A DNA stretch of 64,000 nt from Mobula hypostoma (GCF_963921235.1 NC_086108.1:38690001-38754000); one strand, 5' to 3'. Shown: positions 39,002 through 51,700, counted from the first letter of the stretch. Made by a program: numbers and translations. The notes: a model not told the origin generated them from the sequence alone.

Positions 39002-40290
39002 CTAGCGGAAGTTAGAGAAGTCAATGTTCATGCCATCAGGTTGGAGGCTACCCAGACGGAATATAAGGTGTTGTTCCTCCAACCTGAGTGTGGCTTCATC
39101 TTTACAGTAGAGGAGGCCGTGGATAGACATGTCAGAATGGGAATGGGATGTGGAATTAAAATGTGTGGCCACTGGGAGATCCTGCTTTCTCTGGCGGACA
39201 GAGCGTAGATGTTCAGCAAAGCGGTCTCCCAGTCTGTGTCGGGTCTCACCAATATATAAAAGGCCACATCGGGAGCACCGGACGCAGTATATCACCCCAG
39301 TCGACTCACAGGTGAAGTGATGCCTCACCTGGAAGGACTGTTTGGGGCCCTGAATGGTGGTAAGGGAGGAAGTGTAAGGGCATGTGTAGCACTTGTTCCG
39401 CTTACACGGATAAGTGCCAGCAGGGAGATCAGTGGGGAGGGATGGGGGGGACGAATGGACAAGGAAGTTGTGTAGGGAGCGATCCCTGCGGAATGCAGAG
39501 AGAGGCGGGGAGGGAAAGATATGCTTAGTGGTGGGATCCCGTTGGAGGTGGCGGAAGTTACGGAGAATAATATGTTGGACCCGGAGGCTGGTGGGGTGGT
39601 AGGTGAGGACCAGGGGAACCCTATTCCTAGTGGGGTGGTGGGAGGATGGAGTGAGAGCAGATGTACGTGAAATGGGGGAGATGCGTTTAAGAGCAGAGTT
39701 GATAGTGGAGGAAGGGAAGCCCCTTTCTTTAAAAAATGAAGACATCTCCCTCGTCCTAGAATGAAAAGCCTCATCCTGAGAGCAGATGCGGCGGAGACGG
39801 AGGAATTGCGAGAAGGAGATGGCGTTTTTGCAAGAGACAGGGTGAGAAGAGGAATAGTCCAGATAGTTGTGAGAGTCAGTAGGCTTATAGTAGACATCAG
39901 TGGATAAGCTGTCTCCAGAGACAGAGACAGAAAGATCTAGAAAGGGGAGGGAGGTGTCAGAAATGGACCAGGTAAACTTGAGGGCAGGGTGAAAGTTGGA
40001 GGCAAAGTTAATAAAGTCAACGAGTTCTGCATGCATGCAGGAAGCAGCGCCAATGCAGTCGTCGATGTAGCGAAGGAAAAGTGGGGGACAGATACCAGAA
40101 TAGGCACGGAACATAGATTGTTCCACAAACCCAACAAAAAGGCAGGCATAGCTAGGACCCATACGGGTGCCCATAGCTACACCTTTAGTTTGGAGGAAAT
40201 GGGAGGAGCAAAAGGAGAAATTATTAAGAGTAAGGACTAATTCTGCTAGACGGAGCAGAGTGGTGGTAGAGGGGAACTGATTAGGTCTGG
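39002..40290 (-). CDS. 5'-truncated PLE ORF: RT C-terminal half plus GIY-YIG endonuclease (open frame)
   Basis: GVAMGTRMGPSYA, LRYIDD, CKRNKCYTC linker (Neptune-like), VIYCVRCSRCGLLYIGET; frame open upstream of the listed Met to the junction. Confidence 0.9.
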
Positions 40291-40298
40291 ATTAATCT

Positions 40299-41411
40299 AT
40301 GTTCCGTGCCTATTCTGGTATCTGTCCCCCACTTTTCCTTCGCTACATCGACGACTGCATTGGCGCTGCTTCCTGCATGCATGCAGAACTCGTTGACTTT
40401 ATTAACTTTGCCTCCAACTTTCACCCTGCCCTCAAGTTTACCTGGTCCATTTCTGACACCTCCCTCCCCTTTCTAGATCTTTCTGTCTCTGTCTCTGGAG
40501 ACAGCTTATCCACTGATGTCTACTATAAGCCTACTGACTCTCACAACTATCTGGACTATTCCTCTTCTCACCCTGTCTCTTGCAAAAACGCCATCCCCTT
40601 CTCGCAATTCCTTCGTCTCCGCCGCATCTGCTCTCAGGATGAGGCTTTTCATTCTAGGACGAGGGAGATGTCTTCATTTTTTAAAGAAAGGGGCTTCCCT
40701 TCCTCCACTATCAACTCTGCTCTTAAACGCATCTCCCCCATTTCACGTACATCTGCTCTCACTCCATCCTCCCACCACCCCACTAGGAATAGGGTTCCCC
40801 TGGTCCTCACCTACCACCCCACCAGCCTCCGGGTCCAACATATTATTCTCCGTAACTTCCGCCACCTCCAACGGGATCCCACCACTAAGCATATCTTTCC
40901 CTCCCCGCCTCTCTCTGCATTCCGCAGGGATCGCTCTCTACACAACTTCCTTGTCCATTCGTCCCCCCCATCCCTCCCCACTGATCTCCCTGCTGGCACT
41001 TACCCGTGTAAGCGGAACAAGTGCTACACATGCCCTTACACTTCCTCCCTTACCACCATTCAGGGCCCCAAACAGTCCTTCCAGGTGAGGCATCACTTCA
41101 CCTGTGAGTCGACTGGGGTGATATACTGCGTCCGGTGCTCCCGATGTGGCCTTTTATATATTGGTGAGACCCGACACAGACTGGGAGACCGCTTTGCTGA
41201 ACATCTACGCTCTGTCCGCCAGAGAAAGCAGGATCTCCCAGTGGCCACACATTTTAATTCCACATCCCATTCCCATTCTGACATGTCTATCCACGGCCTC
41301 CTCTACTGTAAAGATGAAGCCACACTCAGGTTGGAGGAACAACACCTTATATTCCGTCTGGGTAGCCTCCAACCTGATGGCATGAACATTGACTTCTCTA
41401 ACTTCCGCTAG
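40299..41411 (+). CDS. Inverted second copy of the truncated PLE ORF (RT plus GIY-YIG)
   Basis: 370-aa ORF nearly identical to 39002-40174 (NAIPF vs NAISF). Confidence 0.9.
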   Translation: MFRAYSGICPPLFLRYIDDCIGAASCMHAELVDFINFASNFHPALKFTWSISDTSLPFLDLSVSVSGDSLSTDVYYKPTDSHNYLDYSSSHPVSCKNAIPFSQFLRLRRICSQDEAFHSRTREMSSFFKERGFPSSTINSALKRISPISRTSALTPSSHHPTRNRVPLVLTYHPTSLRVQHIILRNFRHLQRDPTTKHIFPSPPLSAFRRDRSLHNFLVHSSPPSLPTDLPAGTYPCKRNKCYTCPYTSSLTTIQGPKQSFQVRHHFTCESTGVIYCVRCSRCGLLYIGETRHRLGDRFAEHLRSVRQRKQDLPVATHFNSTSHSHSDMSIHGLLYCKDEATLRLEEQHLIFRLGSLQPDGMNIDFSNFR

Positions 41412-41706
41412 GCCCCACCTCCCCCTCGTACCCCATCTGTTACTCATTTTTATGCACACATTCTTTCTCTCACTCTTCTTTTTCTCCCTCTGTCCCTCTG
41501 AATATACCTCTTGCCCATCCTCTGGGTCACCCCCCCCCGCCGTCTTTCTTCCCGGACCTCCTGTCCCATGATCCTCTCGTATCCCCTTCTGCCTATCACC
41601 TGTCCAGCTCTCGGCTCCATCTCTCCCCCTCCTGTCTTCTCCTATCATTTTGCATCTCCCCCTCCCCCTCCAGCTTTCAAATCCCTTACTCACTCTTCCT
41701 TCAGTT

Positions 41707-41742
41707 AGTCCTGACGAAGGGTCTCGGCCTGAAACGTCGACT
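41707..41742 (+). ncRNA. Minimal type I hammerhead ribozyme (PLE); predicted cleavage after C41738
   Basis: Stem I AGTC/GACT, CTGACGA box, stem II AGG/CCT, GAAA box, GTC site. Confidence 0.88.
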
Positions 41743-42730
41743 GCGCCTCTTCCTATAGATGCTGCCTGGCCTGCTGCGTTCACCAGCAACTTTGATGTAT
41801 GTTGCTTGAATTTCCAGCATCTGCAGAATTCCTGTTGTTTGCGTAATTTTAAGTATTTTACTTTACTGCTGCCACACACGAAGAAACTAATTTCATGACC
41901 TATGTGAGTGATGATAAACCTGGTAGTAATATGGGTCTCTATTGTGGACTGAGAGTGGGAAGGGGACAGGGAAAGGGGAATGATGTTTGGAAAAGGGGAA
42001 GGGAGAGGGGAGGGAGCGGGAAGCACCAGAGGGACATTCTGTAATGATGAATAAACCAAATGTTTGTAATCAAATGACCCTGCCTGGTGTCTAGGGCTGG
42101 GTATGTCTGCACCTGTGCCACCCTTTGCCCCTGGCACTCCTTCTCTGCCACCTGTCCCACCCACCATTCGTGGCTCTCTACCCTCACCATTCCTAACATC
42201 CTTTGCTCCCTCAACATTTACAAACTCGCTCTCTCCTCCATGTTGACAAAATAATTGTCTGAACCTCAGCATTTTCTTCACTTGCTAACTTTTAATTAGC
42301 TGGGATGCATTTCAATCATGACTGGCAACTTATTCATATTCAAGGATGCTAAAGATCTTAATACTTTTTCTTTAAGAACATTATCCCATTCAATAAATTT
42401 ATTTGCATCCATCTGAATAACCACACTAGTGTCATCATCCAGTTTGGTGAAAACAGCTGTGAAATATTCTTTGAGATCCTTGGGCTCCATACATGGAAGT
42501 CTTTTTGGTCCATAAAATCATCAACCCTTTCCTTTGTTATCCTCTCACTACATTGTACTTGTAAAATATATTTTGATTTTATTTACCAATTTTTTTTCAT
42601 ACTCCCTATTTTCCTAATTTCCTTTTTAAATCCTCACCTAGATTTACTATACATATTTTCCAGTTTCTGCTATACTAAGCCCTCTGTCTTACAAAACGTT
42701 CCCTTTTTGCCTTGCTATGCCCTCTCTGAC

Positions 42731-43040
42731 ACAGTGGCACAGCCAGCAGAGCCACTGCCTCACACAGCCAGATATGCAAGTTCAATCCTGACACTGGGCG
42801 CCATCTATGGAGTTTGCATATTGTCCCTGTGACCATGGGGGTTTCCTCCACATCCACCAAATGTAGTTGGCAAGTTAATAGGCGACTGTAATTATATGAA
42901 GTATTTAGGTGAGTGGTAGAATCTGGGAGTAGTTGATAAAAATGAGTAGAGAATAAAAAAATAGGATTAATGTGAATGGGTGGTTGATAGTCAGTGTGGA
43001 CAGCGGGCCAAAGTGCCTCTTTCTATGCCGCATCTCTCGG
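42731..43040 (+). mobile_element. V-SINE-like element
   Basis: tRNA-like head with GTTCAATCC B-box; GGAGTTTGCAT.TT.TCCCTGTGACC core. Confidence 0.65.
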
Positions 43041-43503
43041 TGACACTACAGCCGACCACAAGTGGGATTCAGCTCCTTCCATTGCTCAAAATAATTTGTT
43101 GGAAGTTTGCAAAATGACCTTCAAGGTGAGTTGCAAAGCTACCTTTTTGGTAAATTAATCTGTTTTTAAATTTCAAGGTATATACAGGCTTGAAGCTTTC
43201 ATCTATGGTCACCGTTCCACTCGGGCCCAACAGGTGAATAAATGTCTAAGATCCAATGAGGGTAAGAACATTAAAAGGTACCATTCAGGCATTTTAGAAA
43301 TTGAAGTTGACAACAGCAGATTGAAAAACAGGATAAAATAAAATGAGGGAAAAGAAACTTAAGGGAAAAGTATGAAAGGAACATGTGATTTTAAAGAAAT
43401 TGCATAATTATTTTAATTTTATTTAAAATATCGCAAGATTTCTTTCCCCATAAACTTCAAATATGATTATTTAAATTTCAAATTCTGCAGGTGTTTTACT
43501 TAC

Positions 43504-43609
43504 TTCTGCCAGACTTTTTCTCCCAAGTGAACACTTCTGTAATGAACACTGAGATGATCCCTACGACCAAAACACTTTCCACATTCTTCACATTGATGAG
43601 CTTTTTCTC
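43504..43609 (-). CDS. ZBTB41: ZBTB41 coding exon (106 nt, C2H2 finger)
   Basis: [38 protein letters not shown] 43611-43610, GT 43503-43502; phase 1->2. Confidence 0.95.
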
Positions 43610-44691
43610 CTTTTGGATAAAACAAAAAAAATGGATTATATAAATTCCAGCTGATTTAAAATGTCTCTTCCAAAGCTGACCAGAGTTAAATGGAAAAACA
43701 ACAAAAACTTGTAAATAAAAAATACATATATTGTGAAATGTAGTCAAGTGACATAAAAATCCTTTACATTAGTATTTACCAGAGAGAACACGGAGGATAA
43801 GGAGATCAGTGCCGAGTGTATTGATATGCTTAGACATTTCGAGGTAAAGGAGGAGGTAGTATAGGATCAATAAGGAGCATTAAGGTGGATAAATCCCCAT
43901 GGCCTGATGGGACATACCCCAGGTTATTGCGAGAGGCAAGGGTTCAGATTACTGAGGCCGTAACCAATATCTTCATGTCCACTCTAGACACATGCGATGT
44001 CCCAGTGGACTATTGAGTAGCTAATATTGTTCAAGTAATCCAAAAGGAAACCAGGGTTAATCATGGAAACTATAGACTGGTGAATCTCATGCCACAGATA
44101 AGGAAGTTAGTGGAGAGAATTCTTAGGTTTAGGATTTATGAGCAATTGGAAAACCATGGCCTAATTAGGGAGAGTCAGCATGGCTTTGTGCGGGACAAGT
44201 CATGTCTTACTAAATTGACTTATTTTTTGGACGAGGTGACAAGGGTGATTGATGAAGTTAGAGCGGTGGATGTTTGCGTGGATTGTACTAAGGTGTTTGA
44301 CTAGGTCCCTCATGAGAGGCTCATCCAGAAGATTAACATGCATAGGATCCATGGTGATTGGCCATTTGGATTCAGTACTGGGTTGCACATAGAAGACAGA
44401 AGGTAGTGGTCAAAGGAACTTATTCCAGCTGTAAGTCTGTGACTAGTGGTGTCCAACAGGGATCTATACTGGAACCTCTGGTGTTTGTAATGTTATATAA
44501 GTGACCTGGATGAACTTGTAGATGGGTGGGTCAGTAAGTCTGTAGATGATACAGAGGTTGGCGGTGTTGTGGATAGCATAGAAGACTAGCAAAGAATATA
44601 GTGGGATACAGACCAGTTACAGATATAAGCAGAGAAATGGCAGATTGAGTTTAACCCGGACAAATGCAGCTTGGTAGGTCAAATGTCGGTA

Positions 44692-46445
44692 CAGGTGTCT
44701 CCCGCTTTTCGAACTTTCGCTTTACGAAACCTCACTGTTACGAAAGACCTACATTAGTACCCTGTTGTCGCTTTCAGAAGGTGTTTTCACTGTTACGATA
44801 AAAAAGCAGCGCGCGCCCCAAGCAGCCGCTCTCCCAAGATTCGGAACTGCGTTCTCACCGGCATTGCTTAAACACGTGCCTGTGAGCAGTCGTTTGCAAG
44901 ATGAGTTCTATGGTATCGATAAAGCCTAAAAGAGCTCGTAAGGGTGTTACACTTAGCGTAAAACTAGACATAATTAAGCATTTCGATCATGGCGAATGAA
45001 GTAAGGAGAAAGTGAGTTTGGCTTGTGGAAGCCGACAAACATGATGGTGAAGAGGTTTTGGCATCCCATGACCAAGATCTGATAGATGAAGAGCTGATGC
45101 AATTGGAAGAAAAAAGGATAACAATCAAAACCAAATGCAGTAGCGAACTGAACGTGAAGCAACTGCATGAGATTTTTGCTGCAATGATAAAGTACAACTT
45201 TAATTTTGAAAGGGTACGTAGGTTTAGGGGATATTTGCAAGATGGTTTGAGTCCTTACAAAGAACTGCGTGATAGAAAAATGCGCAAGGCTCAGCAGTCA
45301 AGCAAGCCTTCCACATCAGCCACAGCAGATGACAAACCTCGACCTTCGACATCGAGGCGGGCAGAGATAGAAGATGACCTGCCTGCCCTAATGGAAACAG
45401 ACGACAAGATGACACCCCAGTGTCCCACCACCCCAACCCCAGGCCACGGACAGATACCAATTCGCAGACAATGCAGCGGTAGCCGGGAGGGACACAGCAC
45501 ATCTTTAAGAAAAAAGCTGAAATAAACATGCTAATTAGTTAGGTGCCACCCGACATGTAATTGTCGGTCCAGATCAGAGACGACGCAATCGGAAGTTGGC
45601 ACTGATCTGGACCGACAACTACATGCCGGGCAGCACCTAATTAATTAAAGTTGCTGGTGAACGCAGCAGGCCAGGCAGCATCTATAGGAAGAGGCGCAGT
45701 CAACGTTTCAGGCCGAGACCCTTCCTATAGATGCTGCCTGGCCTGCTGCGTTCACCAGCAACTTTGATGTATGTTGCTTGAATTTCCAGCATCTGCAGAA
45801 TTCCTGTTGTTTGCACCTAATTAATTAGCATGTTTGTTTCGGCTTTTTTCTTAAAGATGTGCTGTGTGCCTCCCGGCTACCGCTGAACCCCTGCATGCTT
45901 CGCAGATCAGTATCGGTGGGTGGCCCGGAGGGTGGGGGCCACTGCACCACCCCAGCTTGCGACGACTCAGCCTAACACACCATCATCAGTGTGCTCAGCG
46001 CTGTCTTCCGATTCCCGTAAGTGATACTACACTGTACATACGTTATTTCTACTTTATATAGGCTGTGTATTTTTACATGTTATTTGGTATGATTTGGCAG
46101 CTTCATAGCTTAAAGGTTACTGGAGTGCGCTTGCGCTGTGTTTTTGCCAACAGCGCTTGTGTGAGATTTTCGCTACGGAGAACAGTGCAGTAATGATTGT
46201 GGAACAGTATTTCTACTTTATATAGGCTGTGTATTTATCATATCATTCCTGCTTTTACTATATGTTACTGTTGTTTTAGGTTTTATGTGTTATTTGGCAT
46301 GATTTGGTAGGTTATTTTTGGGTCCGCGAACGCTCACAAAATTTTCCCATATAAATAAATGATAATTGCTTTTTCGCTTTACGACATTTCGGCTAAGGAA
46401 CCGTTTCATAGGAACGCTCTACCTTCGGATGGCGGGGCAAACCTG
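44692..46445 (+). mobile_element. Internally deleted Tigger/pogo-like DNA transposon
   Basis: TA flanks; imperfect TIRs CAGGTGTCTCCCGCTTTTCGAA / TTCGGATGGCGGGGCAAACCTG; N-terminal HTH-psq remnant KRARKGVTLSVKLDIIKHFDHGE (from 44901) joined to a C-terminal remnant (ORF 45025-45525). Confidence 0.85.
45647..45814. mobile_element. ~165-bp PLE mini fold-back (perfect 45-bp stem, partial hammerhead)
   Basis: Stem 45647-45691/45721-45765; PLE tail; TSD GCACCTAATTAATTA (45633-45647, 45813-45827). Confidence 0.9.
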
Positions 46446-47673
46446 TACACTATTAAGAGCAAGACCCTTAACAGTATTGATGAGCAGAGAGATTTTGGGT
46501 CCAAGTTCATAGTTTCTTGAAAGTAGCAGCACAGGCTGATGGAGTCGTTAAGAAGGCATATGGCATGCTTGCCTTTATTAGTTGAGACACTGAGTTCAAA
46601 AGGCAGGAAGTTCTATTGTAGCTTTATAAAACTCTAGTCAGGTTGCATCCAGAATTCTGCATACAGTTTAGGTCGCCCCCTTATAGGGAGGATGGTGAGG
46701 CCTTGGAGAGGGTGCAGAAGAGTTTTACCAGGATGCTGCCTGGATTAGAAGGCATGTGCTATCACGAGCCACACTCAGGTTGGAGGAACAACACCTTACA
46801 TTGCATCTGGGTAGCCTTCAACCTGACGGCAAGAACATTGACTTCTCTAACTTCTGTTAATGCCCCTCCTCCCCTTTGAACCCCATCTGTTATTTATTTA
46901 TTTATTTATTTATTCATTCCTTTTTTTCTATCTCTCTTTTTTCTCCCTCTGTCCCTCTCACTATAACTCCTTGCCTGCTCTCCCCCATTCTTTCTCCCTA
47001 GGCTTCCTGTCCCATGATCCTCTCCCTTCTCCAGCCTTGTATTCCTTTTGCCAATCAACTTATACACCTCAGAGGTGATCTCTCTGAGGTAGTATAAGAT
47101 TATGAGAGGCACAGCGAGAATACAGACAGTATTTTTTCCCCCAGAGTTGGAATGTCTCATACCAGAGGACATGCATTTAAGGTGAGAGAGGGTACGTTCA
47201 AAGAAAGTGGGGGCAAGATTTTTTTTTTTTACAGAGAGTGGTGGGTGCCTGGAATATACTGCCCAGGGAGCAGGTGGAGGCAGATACATTAGGGACTTTG
47301 AAGAGACATTTAGATTGGCACATGAATGTGAGGCAAAGGGAAGGATATGGATATAATGTAGACAAAAGGGATTAGTTTAGTTGGTTATTTGATTATTAAT
47401 AAAATTGGTTTAGAACAACATTGTGGGCTGAAGGGCCTGTTCTTGTGTTGGACTGGTCTGTTTTATGTTTTTTATTCATAAAGTTAATTCAGCTACAGAA
47501 GCCAAGAAATTAAAAGCTGTCTTCAAGTGAAATCACGTGAGGCATGTACCGTATAGCCTACATTATAATAAGGGCAAACAACAGGAATTCTGCAGATGCT
47601 GGAAATTCAAGCAACACACATCAAAGTTGCTGGTGAATGCAGCAGGCCAAGCAGCATCTATAGGAAGAGGCGC

Positions 47674-47709
47674 AGTCGACGTTTCAGGCCGAGACCCTTC
47701 GTCAGGACT
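47674..47709 (-). ncRNA. Minimal hammerhead ribozyme (PLE)
   Basis: Identical 36-nt motif on the minus strand. Confidence 0.88.
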
Positions 47710-48675
47710 AACTGAAGGAAGAGTGAGTAAGGGATTTGAAAGCTGGAGGGGGAGGGGGAGATGCAAAATGATAGGAGAAGACAGGAGGGGGAGGGATAGA
47801 GCCGAGAGCTGGACAGGTGATAGGCAAAAGGGGATACGAGAGGATCATGGGACAGGAGGTCCGGGAAGAAAGACGGGGGGGGGGGTGACCCAGAGGATGG
47901 GCAAGAGGTATATTCAGAGGGACAGAGGGAGAAAAAGGAGGGTGAAAGAAAGAATGTGTGCATAAAAATGAGTAACAGATGGGGTACGAGGGGGAGGTGG
48001 GGCCTAGCGGAAGTTAGAGAAGTCAATGTTCATGCCATCAGGTTGGAGGCTACCCAGACGGAGTATAAGGTGTTGTTCCTTCAACCTGAGAGTGGCTTCA
48101 TCTTTACAGTAGAGGAGGCCGTGGATAGACATGTCAGAATGGGAATGGGATGTGGAATTAAAATGTGTGGCCACTGGGAGATCCTGCTTTCTCTGGCGGA
48201 CAGAGCGTAGATGTTCAGCAAAGTGGTCTCCCAGTCTGCGTCGGGTCTCACCAATATATAAAAGGCCACATCGGGAGCACCGGACGCAGTATATCACCCC
48301 AGTCGACTCACAGGTGAAGTGATGCCTCACCTGGAAGGACTGTTTGGGGCCCTGAATGGTGGTAAGGGAGGAAGTGTAAGGGCATGTGTAGCACTTGTTC
48401 CGCTTACACGGATAAGTGCCAGGAGGGAGATCAGTGGGGAGGGATGGGGGGGACGAATGGACAAGGGAGTTGTGTAGGGAGCGATCCCTGCGGAATGCAG
48501 AGAGAGGGGGGGAGGGAAAGATGTGCTTAGTGGTGGGATCCCGTTGGAGGTGGCGGAAGTTACGGCACCTGTCCAGCTCTCGGCTCTATCCCTCCCCCTC
48601 CTGTCTTCTCCTATCATTTTGCATCTCCCCCTCCCCCTCCAGCTTTCAAATCCCTTACTCACTCTTCCTTCAGTT

Positions 48676-48711
48676 AGTCCTGACGAAGGGTCTCGGCCTG
48701 AAACGTCGACT
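48676..48711 (+). ncRNA. Minimal hammerhead ribozyme (PLE)
   Basis: Identical 36-nt motif. Confidence 0.88.
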
Positions 48712-51700
48712 GCGCCTCTTCCTATAGATGCTGCTTGGCCTATTATAATAAGGGTCTACTTTATGTTTTAGTAACACGTCGTTGCATGCGCTATTAAGTG
48801 CGTATTGATCTGTATGTGTGTGCCAAGTTCGGACTCTACCAGTTAAGAACCATGAAACTTAGTTCCCGTCTCCAGCATTTTTATTGATAACATAGTTGTG
48901 TAAACAGGCCACATACCCAACAAATCGGCGACGAGAATTATGAACCCACATCTTATCGGAACACCGTGTTTCAGTTGATAACGAAACTTGGAGAAGAGAG
49001 AGAAGGGAGATGAAAAGGAGCGACTCATGCATCTAGACGGAGTGCGCTCGTTGCACTAGCAAAAAGGACACGTGAGTCAAGTGGAATGTGCAGAGACTGC
49101 AAGGAGCTAGCTAAAAAGAAAACAAGGAAAAAACGGGACTAAATTAACATAACAAAGATGGCGATGATTGGAACCATTACAGCATTTGATAGTGGCATTG
49201 AAAACTGGATAACTTACACTGAAAGAGTGGAGTTATATTGTGATGCTAACGGTGTTAATGATGAAAAGAAAACCAACGTCTTACTCAGTATTATGGGAGC
49301 ACCATAAGGCCTGCTACGGAGCTTGTTAACCCCTGAAAAGCCAGCTGACAAAACGTTCAAGCAAATAGTAGACACTCTCCAACAGCATTTAAACCCCAAA
49401 CCACTGGTCATTGCTGAAAGATTTAAATTTCACTAATGGAAACAGAGCAAAAATGAAAGCATTTCTGAATATTGTGCTGAATTGCGCAAATTATCAGAAC
49501 ATTGTCAATTTGGAGCTGGTCTATCGGACGCATTGAGGGACAGGTTAGTGTGTGGCATGCACTGTGAAGCCACACAGAAGAAGCTCCTATGTGAAAAAGA
49601 CCTTACATTAGAGAAGGCGCTGAACATTGCAATATCATTGGAAACAGCAGCAAGGAGTGCTTCAGAGATACAACAAAAATCTGTGGAATATGCTACAAAT
49701 AAAATGTCACTGAACAGAAATGAAGGAAAGAAATGTTATCGTTGTGGGAACATGTCACATGACCCTGAGGACTGTTGGTTTAAAGACAAAGAATGCAGAA
49801 ACTGTGGCAAACAGGGCCACATTGGCTGAGTATGCAAAGCTAGTAAACAGCAGAAAAAGGACAAAATACAGAGAAACAAGAAACCCCAGAAAGGAAAACA
49901 GAACAATGTACACAAAATGGAAGAAAGCAGTTCTGATGAAAACAACTCAGACAAAAGTAAATTGTCTTGTCTGCAACTTCACAGCATGAAAGAGACAAAT
50001 GATCGAATAGTAATATGGATCACTCCACAAGTGGCAGGCGTGAGACTGAAGATGGAGTTTGACACAGACTCAGCTTTAACAGTAATCTCTGTACACGACT
50101 ACAATTGACTGTTTTCTCACATACCTCTGAAATGAACTAAGCTACTGTTAAAGACTTACACAGGACAGAGAGTGCGTCCCAAAGGTAAAATTAAAGTGAC
50201 AGTGACCTATGGAGACAAAACACAGCAGCTGAACCTCTATGTACTGAAAAATGGAGGACCACCACTGCTGGGACGTGAATGGCTCAGGAAAATCCAGTTG
50301 GACTGGCACACCATCAAGGCACTAGTTGTGTCAGCAAAGGAGGGCAGCAAGGCTACATCTGAGAGACTGTCACAAATACTTGCTGACTCTGAGGGAGTGT
50401 TCATGAAAGGAATAGGAACACTTCAGGGCATGAAGGCAAAGATTGAGATTGAGGAAAATGCATGTCCAAAATTTCACAAAGCCAGACCAGTGCCATATGC
50501 AATCCGTCCTACAGTAGAGGCAGAGCTGAAAAATCTGGAGCAGACCGGGGTCCTGATAAAGGTAGATTGGAATGAATGGGCCGTGCCTATTGTTCCAGTG
50601 ATGAAGAAAACCTCCAGCACAAAACCAAGAAAACCAAGCAAGGTGCGCATATGTGGAGACTTTAAAGTGACTGTTAACCCAGTTCTCCGCACAGTACAGT
50701 ATCCTCTACCTCGTATTGAAGACATCTCTGCTTCCCTGTCAGAAGGGGAACATTTCACAAAAATCGATTTGGCCCAGGCTTATCTCCAAATGGAAATTGA
50801 AGAAGCATCCAAGAAATACCTGACAATAAATGCACACAAAGGACTTTACCAGTACAACAGGTTGGTGTTTGGGATAGCCTCAGCGCCTGCAATCTGGCAA
50901 AGGGCAATGGACCAGGTCCTGCAGGGGATTTCAGGGACTCAGTGTTACCTGGATGACATCATTGTCACCAGCAAAGATGATGACGAACATCTTTCTAACC
51001 TTGAACATGTGCTCACCAGGTTACGAGAATATGGGCTCAGAGCTAATCGACAGAAGTGAGTTTTTCAAAAAGGAAATCTCATACTGTGGACATGTGATCA
51101 ACAAGGATGTCTTACACGTCTCAAGACAAGATAAAAGCGGTAATTAAGGCACCACCACCTGAAAATGTGTCTCAACTGAGAGCATATCTTGGACTAGTGA
51201 ACTACTACCGCAAGTTCTTGCCTAACTGATCCAGTCCTATACTCACTAAATGCACTATTACAGACAGGGACACAATGGAAGTGGACTGAGAGGTGTGATA
51301 AAGCGTTTCAAGAAACTAGAAGACTCATAACTTTGGAAGGGGTGCTCACGCACTTTGACCCCTCCTTACCAACCCGACTGGCTTGTGATGCCTCACCCCA
51401 TGGGATAACAGCTGTGTTTTCACACAGGTTTCCAGATGGTTCAGAAAGACTAACAGCCTTTGCCTCAAGAACACTAACTTCAGCTGAACGCAACTACGCA
51501 CAGATTGACAGAGAGGCCCTAAGCCCCGTGTGGGGAGTCAAGAAATTCAGTCACTACCTGTATGGTCAAAAGCTTACCCTGCTGACTGACCACCAGCCTC
51601 TCGTGTCAATTTCCAATTCAAGAAAAGGCGTTCCAGTGATGACAGCACAAAGGCTGCAGTGATGGTCTCTTTTCTTAGGAGGTCACAGGTACGACATTGA

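Larger units (their letters stand above)
38610..41842. mobile_element. Young Neptune-type Penelope-like element inserted as a head-to-head fold-back (1510-bp arms, 174-bp spacer, 39-nt tail)
   Basis: Arms 38610-40119 and 40294-41803 are reverse complements; 13-bp TSD GTAATTTTAAGTA (38598-38610, 41843-41855). Confidence 0.95.
43780..47470 (+). mobile_element. Degenerate CR1 LINE interrupted by a Tigger-like element and a PLE fragment (46766-47068)
   Basis: SQHGFVRDKSCLT, ALERVQKSFTRMLPGL; CR1 sequence resumes after 46447 and 47070. Confidence 0.8.
47574..48741. mobile_element. PLE fold-back insertion (990-bp minus arm plus 176-bp inverted arm) inside the Gypsy 5' LTR
   Basis: GIY-YIG ORF fragment 48004-48330; 48566-48741 is the reverse complement of 47644-47819; TSD ATTATAATAAGGG (47562-47574, 48742-48754). 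Confidence 0.93.

Noticed and set aside
38610..41842. Inverted duplication as a sequencing or assembly fold-back artefact
   Set aside because: It has a 13-bp TSD, an asymmetric tail and several arm differences, and the architecture recurs in three other insertions; long reads would still be the final proof
41205..42281. 358-aa minus-strand ORF (and similar ORFs 38624-39208, 47537-47965)
   Set aside because: Antisense reading of the PLE pyrimidine-rich 3' UTR running across element boundaries; low complexity, no domain
45025..45525. 166-aa ORF as a domesticated TIGD gene
   Set aside because: Lies within a TA-flanked, TIR-bounded deletion derivative lacking the DDE domain
45647..45814. Mini fold-backs as DNA-transposon MITEs or miRNA precursors
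   Set aside because: Sequence is entirely PLE 3' end, the repeats are not terminal on both sides and TSD length varies; a miRNA cannot be supported without small-RNA data
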